From assembly GCF_006345805.1 (NCBI RefSeq), contig NC_043004.1, positions 18,042,001-18,106,000 of the forward strand: DNA of 64,000 nucleotides, read 5' to 3'. The notes beneath the pieces were generated by a model, which saw nothing but the letters and a program-made list of their open reading frames with translations, ran no database searches and was not told the origin of the DNA. Below, one piece after another: positions 13,206 to 26,186 of the stretch (position 1 is its first letter; every line of letters starts with the position of its first letter). Both the position numbers and the translations under genes were made by a program. This stretch comes from Octopus sinensis (lineage: Eukaryota).

Positions 13206-13934
13206 CTGGAGAGGGAAGGAAAGGATAATGGTTGTAAATTAAAATGTAAATCAAAGCAAATTTTAACACATTAACCTTCACATATACCACCAGTGGCTCA
13301 TTGCGGACTTCACATAACTGCCATATGCATCACTGGTGATAAATTTTCATAATTTGAGAAAATATTTTATCCTGCATTTTTGACATAAAAAATGCTGGTG
13401 CCATGTATAAATCACCCATGTGGGAGTCATACATAAGACATCTTTGCTGGTGCTATGTAACAAACATCCAGTAAACTCTGTAAAGTGGTTGGCATCAAGA
13501 AGGACATCCAGCTGGCCAGCTTCTGTGAAACAGGGTAACCCATGCCAGAATGGAAAAGAAAGGTTAAATGATGATGATGTTCAAGGGATGAAAGGCAAAA
13601 GTGACTTTGGCAGAATTTGAACCCAGAATATAAAGAGCCAGCAGAAATGTCACTAAGCTTTTGGTTCAAGGCGCTAATTATTCTGCCAGTCCCCCACCTT
13701 CATAAAAATAACAATCCTTTCTATTATAGGCACAATGCTTGAAATTTTGGGGGATTAGATCGACCCCAGTGCTCAACTGGTACTTAATTTATCAATCCCG
13801 AAAGGATGAAAAGCAAAGTCGACCTCAGTGGAATTTGAACATAGCGGCAGATGTGACGTTTCTGTTACTATTAAAACTAGTCTCTCTTTTTATCACTAAG
13901 ATATGGTCCCACTACAAGTGATAAGAAGAAAGGT

Positions 13935-14295
13935 GGTGAGCTGGCAGAAACGTTAGCATGCCAGGCGAAATGCTTAGCGGTATTTTGTTTGCCGCTACGT
14001 TCTGAGTTCAAATTCTGTCGCGGTTGACTTCGCCTTTCATCCTTTCGGGGTCGATTAAATAAGAACCAGTTATGCACTGGGGTCGATATAATCGACTTAA
14101 TCCGTTTGTCTGTCCTTGTTTGTCCTCTCTGTGTTTAGCCCCTTGTGGGTAATAAAGAAATAGGTATTTCGTCTGCTGCTACGTTCTGAGTTCAAATTCT
14201 GCCAAGGTCGACTTCGCCTTTCATCCTTTCGGGGTCGATTAAATAAGTACCAGTTATGCACTGGGGTCGATCTCTGTCCTTGTTTATCCCCTCTG
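13935..14295 (+). mobile_element. tRNA-derived SINE (Meta-domain-like) with internal tandem duplication
   Basis: gcctttcatcctttcggggtcgattaaataagtaccag motif occurs twice (unit ~184 bp); relatives at ~240-421, 13640-13870 (-), 32585-32800 (-), 45775-46228 (-) and 56640-56860 (-). Confidence 0.7.
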
Positions 14296-15014
14296 TAACG
14301 ACCTGGTAGAATATTAACGAAAACACTAAGCTAACAACTGCAAACGTTATGTCACGTAAACGGAATAGTGACTTTAATGTTAATTTTCCTAAAACGAGAG
14401 ACAACAGTGGGAGGGAGAAATCAATGGGGAAAAAAAAAAAGGAACGACAATGAAATAATTCGTAAGATTCACGAACAACAGTGAGAATCCAAACAATTCT
14501 TGCTATGATCAGAGCAGATTGGAACATTGAATAAAAATTAACGAGACAGTGTCGTCAAGGGAGGCTACTCTTCATCTGACTAAACCAGTCAGCCCCAGGG
14601 ACAGAAATGAAATGATCAGATGTTGTTTAGCCACAGGTTGGCCTTTATTGAGAAAATCTATTAAAAGGTATCCAAGTCATAACCTGCCTGTCACTTTATA
14701 CATATCAAGGGCTATACTGATCACTGTGTCTTTCTTTTTTATTAAGATGATAGAAGTGGATTTGATAGCTATTTCTAACAGTTCAAGTGACTTTACTATA
14801 ACCTCCACCTTCCCTTTGGAAGCCATTGGTGACTACATTGACAACACCGCTAAGACAACTTGTTAAGTAAGGTGGATATTGGACACTCTGCCGGATGGAA
14901 AACAAGATCTGTCAAAGGGCAGGTAAAATCTAGGATAATCAGTGGTCATCCAACTATGTACCATCATCATTTAACTGCTGTTTTCCATGCTGGCATAGGT
15001 TCAACAATTGTTAT

Positions 15015-15108
<94 letters not shown>

Positions 15109-15140
15109 GTGTGTGTGTGTGTTGTGTGTGTGTGTATGTA

Positions 15141-15185
<45 letters not shown>

Positions 15186-15455
15186 ATACACACACACACG
15201 CACACACATGAGATGATGCTGAAAAGTTCCTAGCTTTAAGGGTATCATGAAAGGCCTGGCTTGGGGCCCAACCTTCTGAGTTCTTTTGCAAGGTTTAGCA
15301 AAACTGAAGGACCACCTGCAATAAGTGTGTGAATCTCAGAGGGGAATATTTTGAATAAAATCATAATTAAACTGATCCTCCTGTATTTTATTTTACCCAA
15401 AGCCAAAAACTTTTCAGTATACCCTCGTGTGTGTGCATATATATATATATATAAG

Positions 15456-15752
15456 TTCAGCAAAATTTAGATTCAGATGAATATGGTACTTAAGTTAAAG
15501 GCACCAGAATTTGGTATGGGGTGATTATAATCAAAATAAGCAACAATTGTTTAATAAAATGAAGTAGCATGAAACGATTGTACTACACTACCTTGGATAT
15601 CCTTGTTGCTTATTTTGATTATATATATATATGCATATTTATATCAAAATAAGCAACATCACCTTATTTTGAAATTGTATGGATAATACCGTACTAAATT
15701 CTGGTACCTCAACTTAAGTACCATATTCATCTGAATCTAAATTTTTGCTGAA
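15456..15752. mobile_element. MITE / foldback with ~70-bp TIRs
   Basis: ttcagcaaaatttagattcagatgaatatggtacttaagtt mirrored at 15710-15752. Confidence 0.75.
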
Positions 15753-16619
15753 TTCATCTACCATACCTAAAATATTTATATTTAGAGAGAGGGAGGGAGG
15801 GAGAGAGAGGTGTCTATGTGTCTGTGTGTAGACTTTTTCTGGTTTGGTACCCAAGTGTGCATTTAGCCTACAGGAATGGGTTGTATCCTATCCATAGTGA
15901 AGGCAATTAACCCAGGAGATAGAGAAAACTAATAGCAAAACCTGACTTTCATTGAGTTTGTGGCAAACATTTGTACCAATTTTCTGATATAGTTATTTCC
16001 ATAAAGCGTAGCAGATCCTACAGAAGTCTTCACCATTGAAAACAAACCATCTATGAGAATGGTCTAATGGCTATACTACTGACTGTTAGACCTGCATATA
16101 TCGAAGCCAATGGGAAATCCCCAACAAACAAATATATACATAGAGCTGTTGCCACATAAACAGCGCCCATGCTGGTACCACTTAAAAGGAAATGGTGCTG
16201 GTGTCACATAAAAAGGGTACCTGGCTGTAGAAACCATGCGAAAACAGACAATTGGAGCCTGGTGCAGCTCTCCAGGTAATCAGTTCCTGTCAAACCATCC
16301 AACTTATGCCACCATGGAAAATGGACATTAAATGATGATAATACATGTGTGTGCGTGTGTTATCATTATTATTATTTCTTTTACTTCATTATGGGATCAA
16401 CTTTGTAGTGGAAGGAAGTAAATATTAGGAGGCTTTCGAACAAAAGATAGGTTTTTCTTTTTTCTTTTATTACTCATAAACAAGATGAAGCATTGAGCTT
16501 ATCTCAGACATCACTTCATCTCTCTGTGGATGCAATATACATAAAAATGTAAAGTAAACGAAATGACACCGACACATTAATGAATCACAAAAGCTGTGGT
16601 GGTAGTAGTTGTAGTTTCA

Positions 16620-16820
<201 letters not shown>

Positions 16821-16984
16821 TTAATCAATGAATGTTCACAGGGTCAAGAATAGCCTGGAGTTGTAATGACTGAAATGCTTCAAAAAATAATGATGGAAGC
16901 ACAGTATAGAGTACAAGCAGCTAAGTACAGGAAGTAGAATGGTAATGGAAATATTGGTAAATTAGTGGCAAAGCAGTAATGATG

Positions 16985-17600
16985 GAAGCAGACGAGGTTG
17001 TGTGGTAAAACATTTACTTTCCAACCACATGGTTTCAGGTTCAGTCCCACTGCAAGGCACCTAGGGTAAGTGTCTTGTACCTATAGCCCTGAGCCAATCA
17101 AATCCATGTGTGGATTTGGTAGATGGAAACTGAAAGAAGCTCAACATATAGGTGCAGGAGTGGCTGTGTGGTAAGTAGCTTGCTTACTAACCACATGGTT
17201 CCAGGTTCAGTCCCACTACATGGCACCTTGGGCAAGTGTCTTCTACTATAGCCTCAGGCTGACCAAAGCCTTGTGAGTGGATTTGGTAGATGGAAACTGA
17301 AAGAAGCTCAACATATAGGTGCAGGAGTGGCTGTGTGGTAAGTAGCTTGCTTACTAACCACATGGTTCCAGGTTCAGTCCTACTGCATGGCACCTTGGGC
17401 AAGTGTCTTCGACTATAGCCTCAGGCTGACCAAAGCCTTGTGAGTGGATTTGGTAGATGGAAACTGAAAAGAAGCCCTTTGTATAAATCTATATCTATAT
17501 ATATATGTATATATATATATATAGTGTATATATGTGTGTGTATGTATATGCTTGTGTGTCTGTGTTTGTCCCCCCAACCATCACATGACAACCGAGGCAA
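16985..17600 (+). repeat. Tandem trimer of the CORE-type SINE head (period 167 bp)
   Basis: aaactgaaag recurs at 17127, 17294 and 17461 with an identical junction tcaacatatagg. Confidence 0.9.
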
Positions 17601-17629
17601 TTTAGTGTCAAAAAGGTTAAAAATAATTA

Positions 17630-17830
<201 letters not shown>

Positions 17831-17900
17831 TTATTACATATTTTAATTTGACTTTGGTTTGATTTTTAATTGTTGCAATTTTATACATCTTAGGTTTTTT

Positions 17901-17934
<34 letters not shown>

Positions 17935-17942
<8 letters not shown>

Positions 17943-18233
17943 ACCGACCAGACCATCAGATGTTGTTACACATCGCTGGTCACAATGCGTTCGCATTGTT
18001 TTAGCCTTCAAATGACGCCACCCCGCTGGCTAAGCGAGCAGGCCAACAGAAGAAAGAGTGGGAGAAAGAGTGGTGAAAGAGTACAGCAGGGATCACCACC
18101 CCCTGCCGGAGCCTCGTGGAGCTTTTAGGTGTTTTCGCTCAATAAACACACACAACGCCCGGTCTGGGAATCGAAACCGCGATCCTGCGACCGCGAGTCC
18201 GCTGCCCTAACCACTAGGCCATTGCGCCTCCAC
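17935..18233 (-). mobile_element. tRNA-derived SINE, CpG-rich (apparently young) copy
   Basis: Head TGGCCTAGTGG (A box) ... GTTTCGATTCCC (B box); a decayed 3' piece lies at ~7755-7870 (+). Confidence 0.8.
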
Positions 18234-19109
18234 ACATATATATATATATATACATACACATAATATCGTTGATTTATTGATGTTTATTGTTTATCTGTTG
18301 TGATTTATTTAATATTGTTACAAGGGATGTAGTAATTTTGTTATTAAATGATTTTTTTAAGATGGTGATTGAGTTTTTCAGTATATTTATTTATACAATG
18401 AATGAGATTTTTATATAGAAATTATGAATTATAATTGGATAAATTTGTGCCAGCATCGGCAGTTATACAGATGAAATGGCACTAAGGTTAATGGCATTTC
18501 GTCTGTCCTTACATTCTGGGTTCAAAATCAACCATGGTCAACTTTGCCTTTCAGCCTTTCGTGGTCGATGGAAATAAATCCCTGTGAAGCACTGGGGTTG
18601 ATGCAAGTGACTATTTCCCCCCTCCCCCCAAATTTCAGGCTTTGTGCCATTTAATAGAAAGGATTGTTATAGAGGTCTTATGAACAGAAATAACATTATT
18701 TGGATAAAGAAACGCTGGTATAATGAAAGACACTGTTGGAGGAAACTAGGTTTACAACAGTTAAATTTATGGTTATGAATTTCAACTTCTTGAGAGTGAA
18801 AGTGGCACACGGCTAAGTAGTTAGGGTTTTCAGCTCATAGTCGTATGGCTGTGAGTTCAATTCCCAGCAGTGCAAGACAATTTATTTCAAGTTCTTCTAG
18901 CTGGCAGAAATGAGTTGTACCTGTCATGCAAAAGGGCTAGCCTTGTGACAGTGAGCCTCCCTGAGAACTACATTAATGATACAGGTATTTGTGGTGTACT
19001 CAGCCACTTGTATGTTAATTTCACAAGCAGGTTGTTCCACTGATCGGATCTATTGGAACAATTGTTCTTGTAACTGACAGAGAGCCAGGCTGAATTTCAA
19101 CTAAGTTTA

Positions 19110-19508
19110 CTCTTTTACTTGTTTCAGTCAGTTGACTGTAGCCATGCTGGAGCACCACCTTTAGTCGAGCAAATCGACCCCAGGACTTATTCTTTGTAAG
19201 CCTAGTACTTATTCTATCAGTCTCTTTTGCCGAACTGCTAAGTTATGGGCACATAAACACACCAGCATCAGTTATCAAGCCATGTTGGTGGGGAGGGGTC
19301 AAACACAGACACACATACACACACACATATATATATGTATATACATATATATGACGGGCTTCTTTCAGATTCCGTCTACCAAATCCACTCACAAGGCTTT
19401 GGTCGACCTGAGGCTATAGTGGACGACACTTGCCCAAGGTGCCACGCAGTGGGACTGAACCTGAAACCATGTGGTTCGTAAGCAAGCTACTTACCACACA
19501 GCCACTCC
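19110..19508 (-). mobile_element. tRNA-derived CORE-type SINE, full length
   Basis: Same family; internal (CA)/(TA) microsatellite. Confidence 0.85.
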
Positions 19509-19859
19509 ATTCATCTTGAACATACAGAAGCATCAAAGACAACTTAAAACCAAAGAGATTTGGTAGAAGCAAAAAAGACAAACCAGAGGCGAGAAGAGCA
19601 GGAAAAAAGTTCTCAATGTCCTAAGCTTCATTGGGAGTGAAAGGGTTTAAGAAGTAGTTAGTTCTACTACAGACTGGTACTTAATCAACCCCAAAAGGCC
19701 GAAAAGCAAAGTTGACCCCAACAGGATTAGAACTCGAAACACGAGAAACCAGATAAAATGCCACAGGACATCTTATCTGCTATTTTAGTGCTTTTACAAA
19801 TTCACCATTTAAAATGTAAAAGAGTAAAAAAAAAAAACAGAACAATCTTCACAACTTAC

Positions 19860-20032
19860 CAATGTGTCCAATAATGTGGTTGACTTTCTTTGATTTGCTT
19901 AAATGAAACACTTGGAGGCTGTTGTCCCAATGGCCCCCAGTGAACAGAAGACGAGCATCATGGGAGACCACAAACAGCTTCGGCTCTACTTTCAGACCAG
20001 GTGAAAAAGCCCCTGGTAACCTTTTCTTTGTC
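19860..20032 (-). CDS. NBEAL1: Neurobeachin-like exon 25/30 (WD40 region)
   Basis: tctccaaaag|G ACA...ATT G|gtaagt; TKKRLPGAFSPGLKVEPKLFVVSHDARLLFTGGHWDNSLQVFHLSKSKKVNHIIGHI; AAG acceptor chosen by phase. Confidence 0.93.
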
Positions 20033-20662
20033 CTTTTGGAGATATAAAACAAAATTATAAACTTATTACTTTTCAACCTCAAAATGTTATAGAGTGCAAT
20101 GTAATAACTGATTTATCTAACATTGGCACAATTTGTGTGTGTGTGCATGTGCATTTGAGAGAGAGGGGAAGGGGGGTACAGTTGATTAAACCAATCTCAG
20201 AACTCGACTGATATTTTTAGCATTTATATTTGATTAATAGTAAGAAAGAAAGGCAAAATATTTTTAAAGGATTTTTTAACTTAGACTGTAATAAGCTAAA
20301 ACCAAATACATCATCATTTAACGTCCACTTTCCATGCTGGCATGGGTTGGACGGTTTGACCGAGATCTGGAAAGCTAGTAGGATGCACCTAGCTCCAATC
20401 TGATATGGCAAAGTTTCTATAGCTGGATGCCCTTCCTAATGCCAACCACTCCACGAGTATAGTGGGTGCTTTTTTTTACGTGCCATTGGCATGAGAGCTA
20501 GTCAGGGAACATTGGCATCATCATGTTCAGATGGAGCTTTTTATATGCCACTGGCATGGGATCTAGTCAGGGGGCACTGGCATTGACCACGTTCGGATGG
20601 TACTTTTTATGTGCCACTGGCATGGGAGCCAGTCATGAGGCACTGGCATTGATATGGTGGCT

Positions 20663-21186
20663 CTAGTGAAAGCAGCAGAACGGCTTTAACAAATTGGTTT
20701 CAAATTTGAAACTTCTTGAGAGAACTTCACCATATGAACTGTGATGTTTTCTCAAGCACATCATATCACCTGACGCTTCATCCAAAACAATTTTCTGATG
20801 CTCAAATGATTCTACAAATCAGCCAAAATAATTTAATAATTAGAAATACATTACACAAGTTATGTAATTATGAAAAAAAGATCATTAATTGAGGTGCTAA
20901 TTATTCTGATCAATCAAACTCATAGATCAACAGTTTAAAATTTCGCAAACATATTGAACTGCTAGATGACATGCCAACACTTCTCAAGACTGTTGCATCA
21001 ACTCTAATTAATCAAACTTCAGAAGTTCCAGTGGAGCAGCATTATCAGCAGGGAGCCATATTTAGAATGGAATGCAAAACCGCTCTCTCAAATTTGCCTG
21101 AGACACAGTTCATAGGGTCAATTTCTCTCAAGAAGTTTCAAATTTGAAACCAATTCGTGTTAAAGCCATTCTGCTACTTTCACTAG
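20663..21186. mobile_element. MITE with ~85-bp TIRs
   Basis: ctagtgaaagcagcagaacggctttaac...aactgtg mirrored at the right end; superfamily unassigned. Confidence 0.75.
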
Positions 21187-21390
21187 GACCATCAGCAACA
21201 ATCAAACTTTAAAATAGGTACCATGAAGAGGTACAATTTTTTCTGAGATAGGCAATGAGGCTGTTGTTCACTAGTGTTTTGCTTACTAGCAATACTGAGC
21301 TACTCCAAAGAAGAGATCTATGACAGGGTCATTCTGATTGGATGAGAGCGTGATGGAAAGGTTACTGTTACTGTGTCTTTCTCTTTATGC

Positions 21391-21857
21391 CAGGGGTGGG
21401 GAAACTTTTTAGCTTGGTGGGCAAAAATTTCCCAAGAAAAGATCCGTAGGTGGATCACAAGTTCTAACTCTTATATCTGTGCAAATCTTGTATAAATCTA
21501 TGCTTAATTCGATATACATTAATAAAGATAAATTAAACATTAAATTAACACGTAACATATTCATTAACGCCGTCACTGAATTTAGGACGTTTATATTACT
21601 TGAGGTATTCTATACTTTTCAACTAGAGTGTAGTTGGGTCTCAAGGGGGTGGTACAAACCTAGCATTATGTGTTTTATAGGGAAAACAAAATTCCCATTC
21701 AAATGGAAATTACCGGATGATTTCTGTTCGAGTCTGTTTTAAGTCATAGTGGAAATGTGCCCTATGTCGCAAATAGGCATGCGAATATTGTATAAATTTT
21801 ATAATTGAAAATTTTAGGAGTATACCAGCCTGTGGGTGCAACTGCACCTCACCCCTG
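21391..21857. mobile_element. hAT-type non-autonomous DNA transposon
   Basis: TIR caggggtg/cacccctg; 8-bp TSD ctttatgc/ttttatgc (7/8 match). Confidence 0.8.
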
Positions 21858-22620
21858 TTTTATGCTCTCAATATAGGTGAATACATAAAGACCCTAAATA
21901 GTCAGTGAGTTTTTAAATGCTCCTCTTCTCTTGTCTGTCTGCCCATTAAAGCCCCTAACAGCAGAACCCTAGAATTGCAGTCAGCCATGGGCTGAAACAA
22001 GTAAAAGGGCAAAGGAGGCAAACCAACAAGAGAGTTACAATATGGTTGCTTGACTTGCCAGAAATAACAGCCAAAAGAAGAGCATAATGAATGATAAATT
22101 CTAGAATACATATATATGTGCCGGTGGCACATAAAAAGCATCATTTGAGCGTGACCAATGCTGGTCCTGCCTGACTGGCACCCATGCCAGTGGCACATAA
22201 AAAGCACCATTCAAATGTGACCAATGCCAGTGCTGCCTGTCTGGTTCCCATGCTGATGGCACGTAAAAAGCACCTACCACACTCTCGGAGTGATTGGCAT
22301 TAGAAAGGGCATCCAGCTGAAGCAATCTTGCCAGATCACACTGGAGCCTGGTGCAGCCTCCTGGCTTACCAGTCCTCAGTCAAACTATCCAACCCATGCC
22401 AGCATGGAAAGCAGACATTAAACAATGATGATGATGATGAAAATAAACTATATCTCTTCAATCAAGATGATCATGGGATAAATAACCTGTGATGGACATC
22501 ATCGTTGTCAAGAGATTATAAAACTGTAAAGAGAAACATTTCTTCTCAAAAATTTTGCTAAAATAATCAGACCCAAAATATCTCTGTAGAGAATTATCCA
22601 AAGAAATGGTTAAAACTTAC

Positions 22621-22730
22621 TTGTTGTTTGCCAGAGAAGGATCTTTTTCAAAGGTGAAATAGTGGGAAATTGATTTATCATAACATAGCCAACCATGGAC
22701 ACCAAGTACGCGATCCTCAGTCAAAGTTAT
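22621..22730 (-). CDS. NBEAL1: Neurobeachin-like exon 24/30
   Basis: ttttgcag|ATA ACT...AAC AA|gtaagt; ITLTEDRVLGVHGWLCYDKSISHYFTFEKDPSLANN. Confidence 0.95.
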
Positions 22731-22764
22731 CTGCAAAAAATACAATGATCATCATCAATGCAAG

Positions 22765-22795
<31 letters not shown>

Positions 22796-23423
22796 TGTGT
22801 ACCTCTCTGTCTTGACATAATGAGATATTTAAACGAACATCACAGTTATACAAGTGATGTTGTTTTGTTTTCAGTCTTCTATGAAAAACATGTATAGTTA
22901 TAGGAAAATATTCACTTTCTTGGAAACAGGTGAAGGTTGGAAACATGGAGGGCATCTGACTGTTGATAATCTGCCTCAACAAATTCCACCTAACTCAGGC
23001 AAGCATAAAAAAGCAGATATTAAATGATTATATCAAAAGAATGTGTTATAATACTATTCCACAGCCATATCAACAATTCAGCATACATCCATCATCAGCT
23101 GCCCCACAGATATCATTATGGTTTCGACACCCGGGCAGTGCCATTCAATTTGGCAGTGTCAACAGCACTAAAATAAGTGTTGTTTTGGAACAAACATACC
23201 AAAGAAACCACAACTTACAAACACATTTACCCAATGTACAACCGTATTGATAAATAAATTCCATAAGTAAATTACAACCACTCCTAAATATGTAACTAAA
23301 CAGTGACAACCCTAGTAAGTCATAAAAAATTATAATCTCTACCGTATTCTGTAGTGTAATATAAAAGTAAAGCTTTACACACACACACACACACATGCAC
23401 AAACACACACACAAACGCATACT

Positions 23424-23795
23424 CTTTTACTTGTTTCAGTCATTTGACTGCGGCCATGCTGGAGCACCGCCTTTAATCGAGCAACTCGATCCCGGGACTT
23501 ATTCTTTGTAAGCCTAGTACTTATTCTATTGGTCTCTTTTGCTGAAGCGCTAAGTTACAGGGATATAAACACACCAGCATTGGTTGTCAAGCAATGTTGG
23601 GGGGGACAAACATATACACATACATACATATATACGACGGGCTTCTTTCAGCTTCCGTCTACCAAATCCACTCACAAGGCTTTGGTCGGCCTGAGGCTAT
23701 AGTAGAATACACTTGCCCAGGGTGATACGCAGTGGGACTGAACCTGGAACCATGTGGTTGGTAAGCAAGCTACTTACCACACAGCTACCCCTGCA
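23424..23795 (-). mobile_element. tRNA-derived CORE-type SINE, full length
   Basis: Same family. Confidence 0.85.
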
Positions 23796-23969
23796 CCTAT
23801 ATATATATAAATATATCTTTATCATAATTTTACATCTGTTTTCTATGCAGCCCCTCCAACACAACACACACACATTCACGCTATAGAAAGAAATGGAAGT
23901 AATTAATGTAAGCAGGCCAGCTGAGTGTATATGCTGGATGTAACTGAAGTAATCCACCTGGATACTCAC

Positions 23970-24059
23970 CATACTATCAGGCATGCCATGTTGAATGATA
24001 GAGCGTGTCTGTATCCTTGGCACACTTATATAAACGACAGGATCATTGCTGTCAGACAC
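23970..24059 (-). CDS. NBEAL1: Neurobeachin-like exon 23/30
   Basis: ttttgcag|GTG TCT...AGT ATG|gtgagt; VSDSNDPVVYISVPRIQTRSIIQHGMPDSM. Confidence 0.92.
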
Positions 24060-24206
24060 CTGCAAAAGAAGACCGGAAACATATAACTGTTCTGGATGTG
24101 TGTGTGTGTGTGTGTGTTTGTTTGTTTGTGTGTGTGTGTGTGCATTGTAGCAGTAATGTTGGAGTGTTTTGGATGTGGAAAGTTTCAGACAATGCCAATA
24201 TATTAC

Positions 24207-24320
24207 CTCGACGAAATAGGTTTTCAGCTGACTTATAAAGTTTAGTATACTCAAAGGCTTCTCAGATTTGTTTGCTCGAGAAGAAACTTCCTCAAAGCTT
24301 AATCTCTTGGGGTGTAATTC
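24207..24320 (-). CDS. NBEAL1: Neurobeachin-like exon 22/30
   Basis: ttgtctag|GAA TTA CAC...GTC GAG|gtaata; ELHPKRLSFEEVSSRANKSEKPLSILNFISQLKTYFVE. Confidence 0.93.
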
Positions 24321-24725
24321 CTAGACAAATGGTAAAAAAAAGGAAAGAGATAATGATACACTTCAGAAATCAGTTTGAAAAATAGTGGCAGACAAAGAGA
24401 GTGAGAGCAACGGGAACTGGTGTCTTGCTGTAGAGAAGGTACATGGTTACTCCAGTTGGAAAAGAGAGAAGACAGTGAAGTCACTGTCAGGGCAGACCCT
24501 CAAGTTACAAATAGGAATATCAAATAAATAAAAAGTTTCTTTTTTAGCAATAAAATAATCACTTTTATTGCCCTCATGCTTTAAGGATTTGATTTCCTTT
24601 CTCATTTCTTCTCATAAATTTCTAAATTTGTAAACCCACTCATTATCATATTGATATGAATGTAGATTATCTAAAATAAAAGGGTTACTGAAGAAAAGAA
24701 CAATTTAGCAAACTTTCTTCCATAA

Positions 24726-24980
24726 TACAGTTCTATATTTAAGAGATGAGGAATTATGTACGTTATTTACATTTGCCAGATATTTGTCCTCATCTTAACC
24801 ACTATGTCATATGCCCACGGGCATATGACGTAGTGGTTAAGAGCTCGGGCTACCAACCCCAACATCGAAAAATACCTTAGGAATGAGAACCCAGGTTCAA
24901 AATTTCCCCAAAACCCCTGATGAAGGCTGGAGGGTATATCAGCTGAAATGTTGTGTTAACAACAAACAAGATGAGGACAA
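24726..24980. mobile_element. Inverted composite of a tRNA-headed SINE with a Penelope-like hammerhead tail (locus A)
   Basis: Tail(-), head hairpin 24795-24840, then head/tail(+) with CTGATGA at 24917; 10-bp TSD tcttccataa at 24716-24725 and 24981-24990. Confidence 0.8.
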
Positions 24981-25177
24981 TCTTCCATAAATTTGCATGA
25001 AATGGCGCAAAAGTTGTTAAGTCAAAGCAGTGTTCATTATCTAACCATCACCATCAAACACGAAGCAGATCATTCTCAGGAATCGAAATACCGCTAAGCA
25101 TTTTGCCCAGCGTGCTAATGTTTCTGCCAGCTCACCCCGTTAATAATAATAGAATCACTAGAGAAAAACTGATGTTA

Positions 25178-25333
<156 letters not shown>

Positions 25334-26186
25334 TCACCTTCCAAAATACAACATCACATAAATATCAAAGTATCTTGAGCAATAATCAATATCTTTTGTT
25401 TTTCCAATTTCGTTTTTATTTAGTACTCACATACTTAAGTGAAACAATGTACTAGTCTCCCCATTCCATGCATACACATATACATAAATGAGGGGTATCT
25501 CTACAAGGCTGTTCAACCAGTTACAATTAGCAGCCAAATATCCTTCAAATCACAAATTACCCAAAGTTTATTGAAGCCTACACTTCACACTTAGGTCTTA
25601 TCCTGTCAACCACCAAGCTGTATCATTTCAGCATCCAGATGTAAACTCTATGACACTTTCAAATGAAATTCATTCTCTTCATTATGTTTATCAATTTGTG
25701 TTGCAAGATTCCTGATGTGAAGCTGTGTATTGAAATAGATATTGTTATATTTCAGGATGGTCATTTTCCATATTTGTGTGTGCAAGAGCACACATGAGTA
25801 AACGGAGCAAGAGCACAGATGAAAAGAAAAGTGTCGCTGAAAGGGTCACAGATGTATGATGAAAAATTTTCAGACAATGGACACGAGTTAGGATAAGAAC
25901 AGTAATAAATGAGGGAAGAATGAATATATAGTGCATGTGTTTATTTGGCAAAACAAAAAATACAAGGGCAAGCAAACAGCAAAGAAGTGATTGAAGGTGT
26001 TGGAGGAAGGGGTGGTGGTCAGGCATAGTGGAAGGGTGTGAATGTTGGTGTAGGTGTTATTGGTGGCGACAAAAACAGAAAAGTGAAAGTAGAACAGAAG
26101 ATAGGTAGAAAGAGGACGAGATAAAGTGGAAGAGTCGCGGACAAATTGCAATGATCACCAATCAAGATATATATATATAATTTTTT

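Noticed and set aside
14290-14970. Segment starting tgtaacg as a possible solo LTR
   Set aside because: No matching CA end with a 4-6-bp TSD could be found.
18150-18233. tRNA-like sequences here and at ~32044, ~41390 and ~52100 as tRNA genes
   Set aside because: They have A/B boxes but no complete acceptor stem and run directly into SINE bodies.
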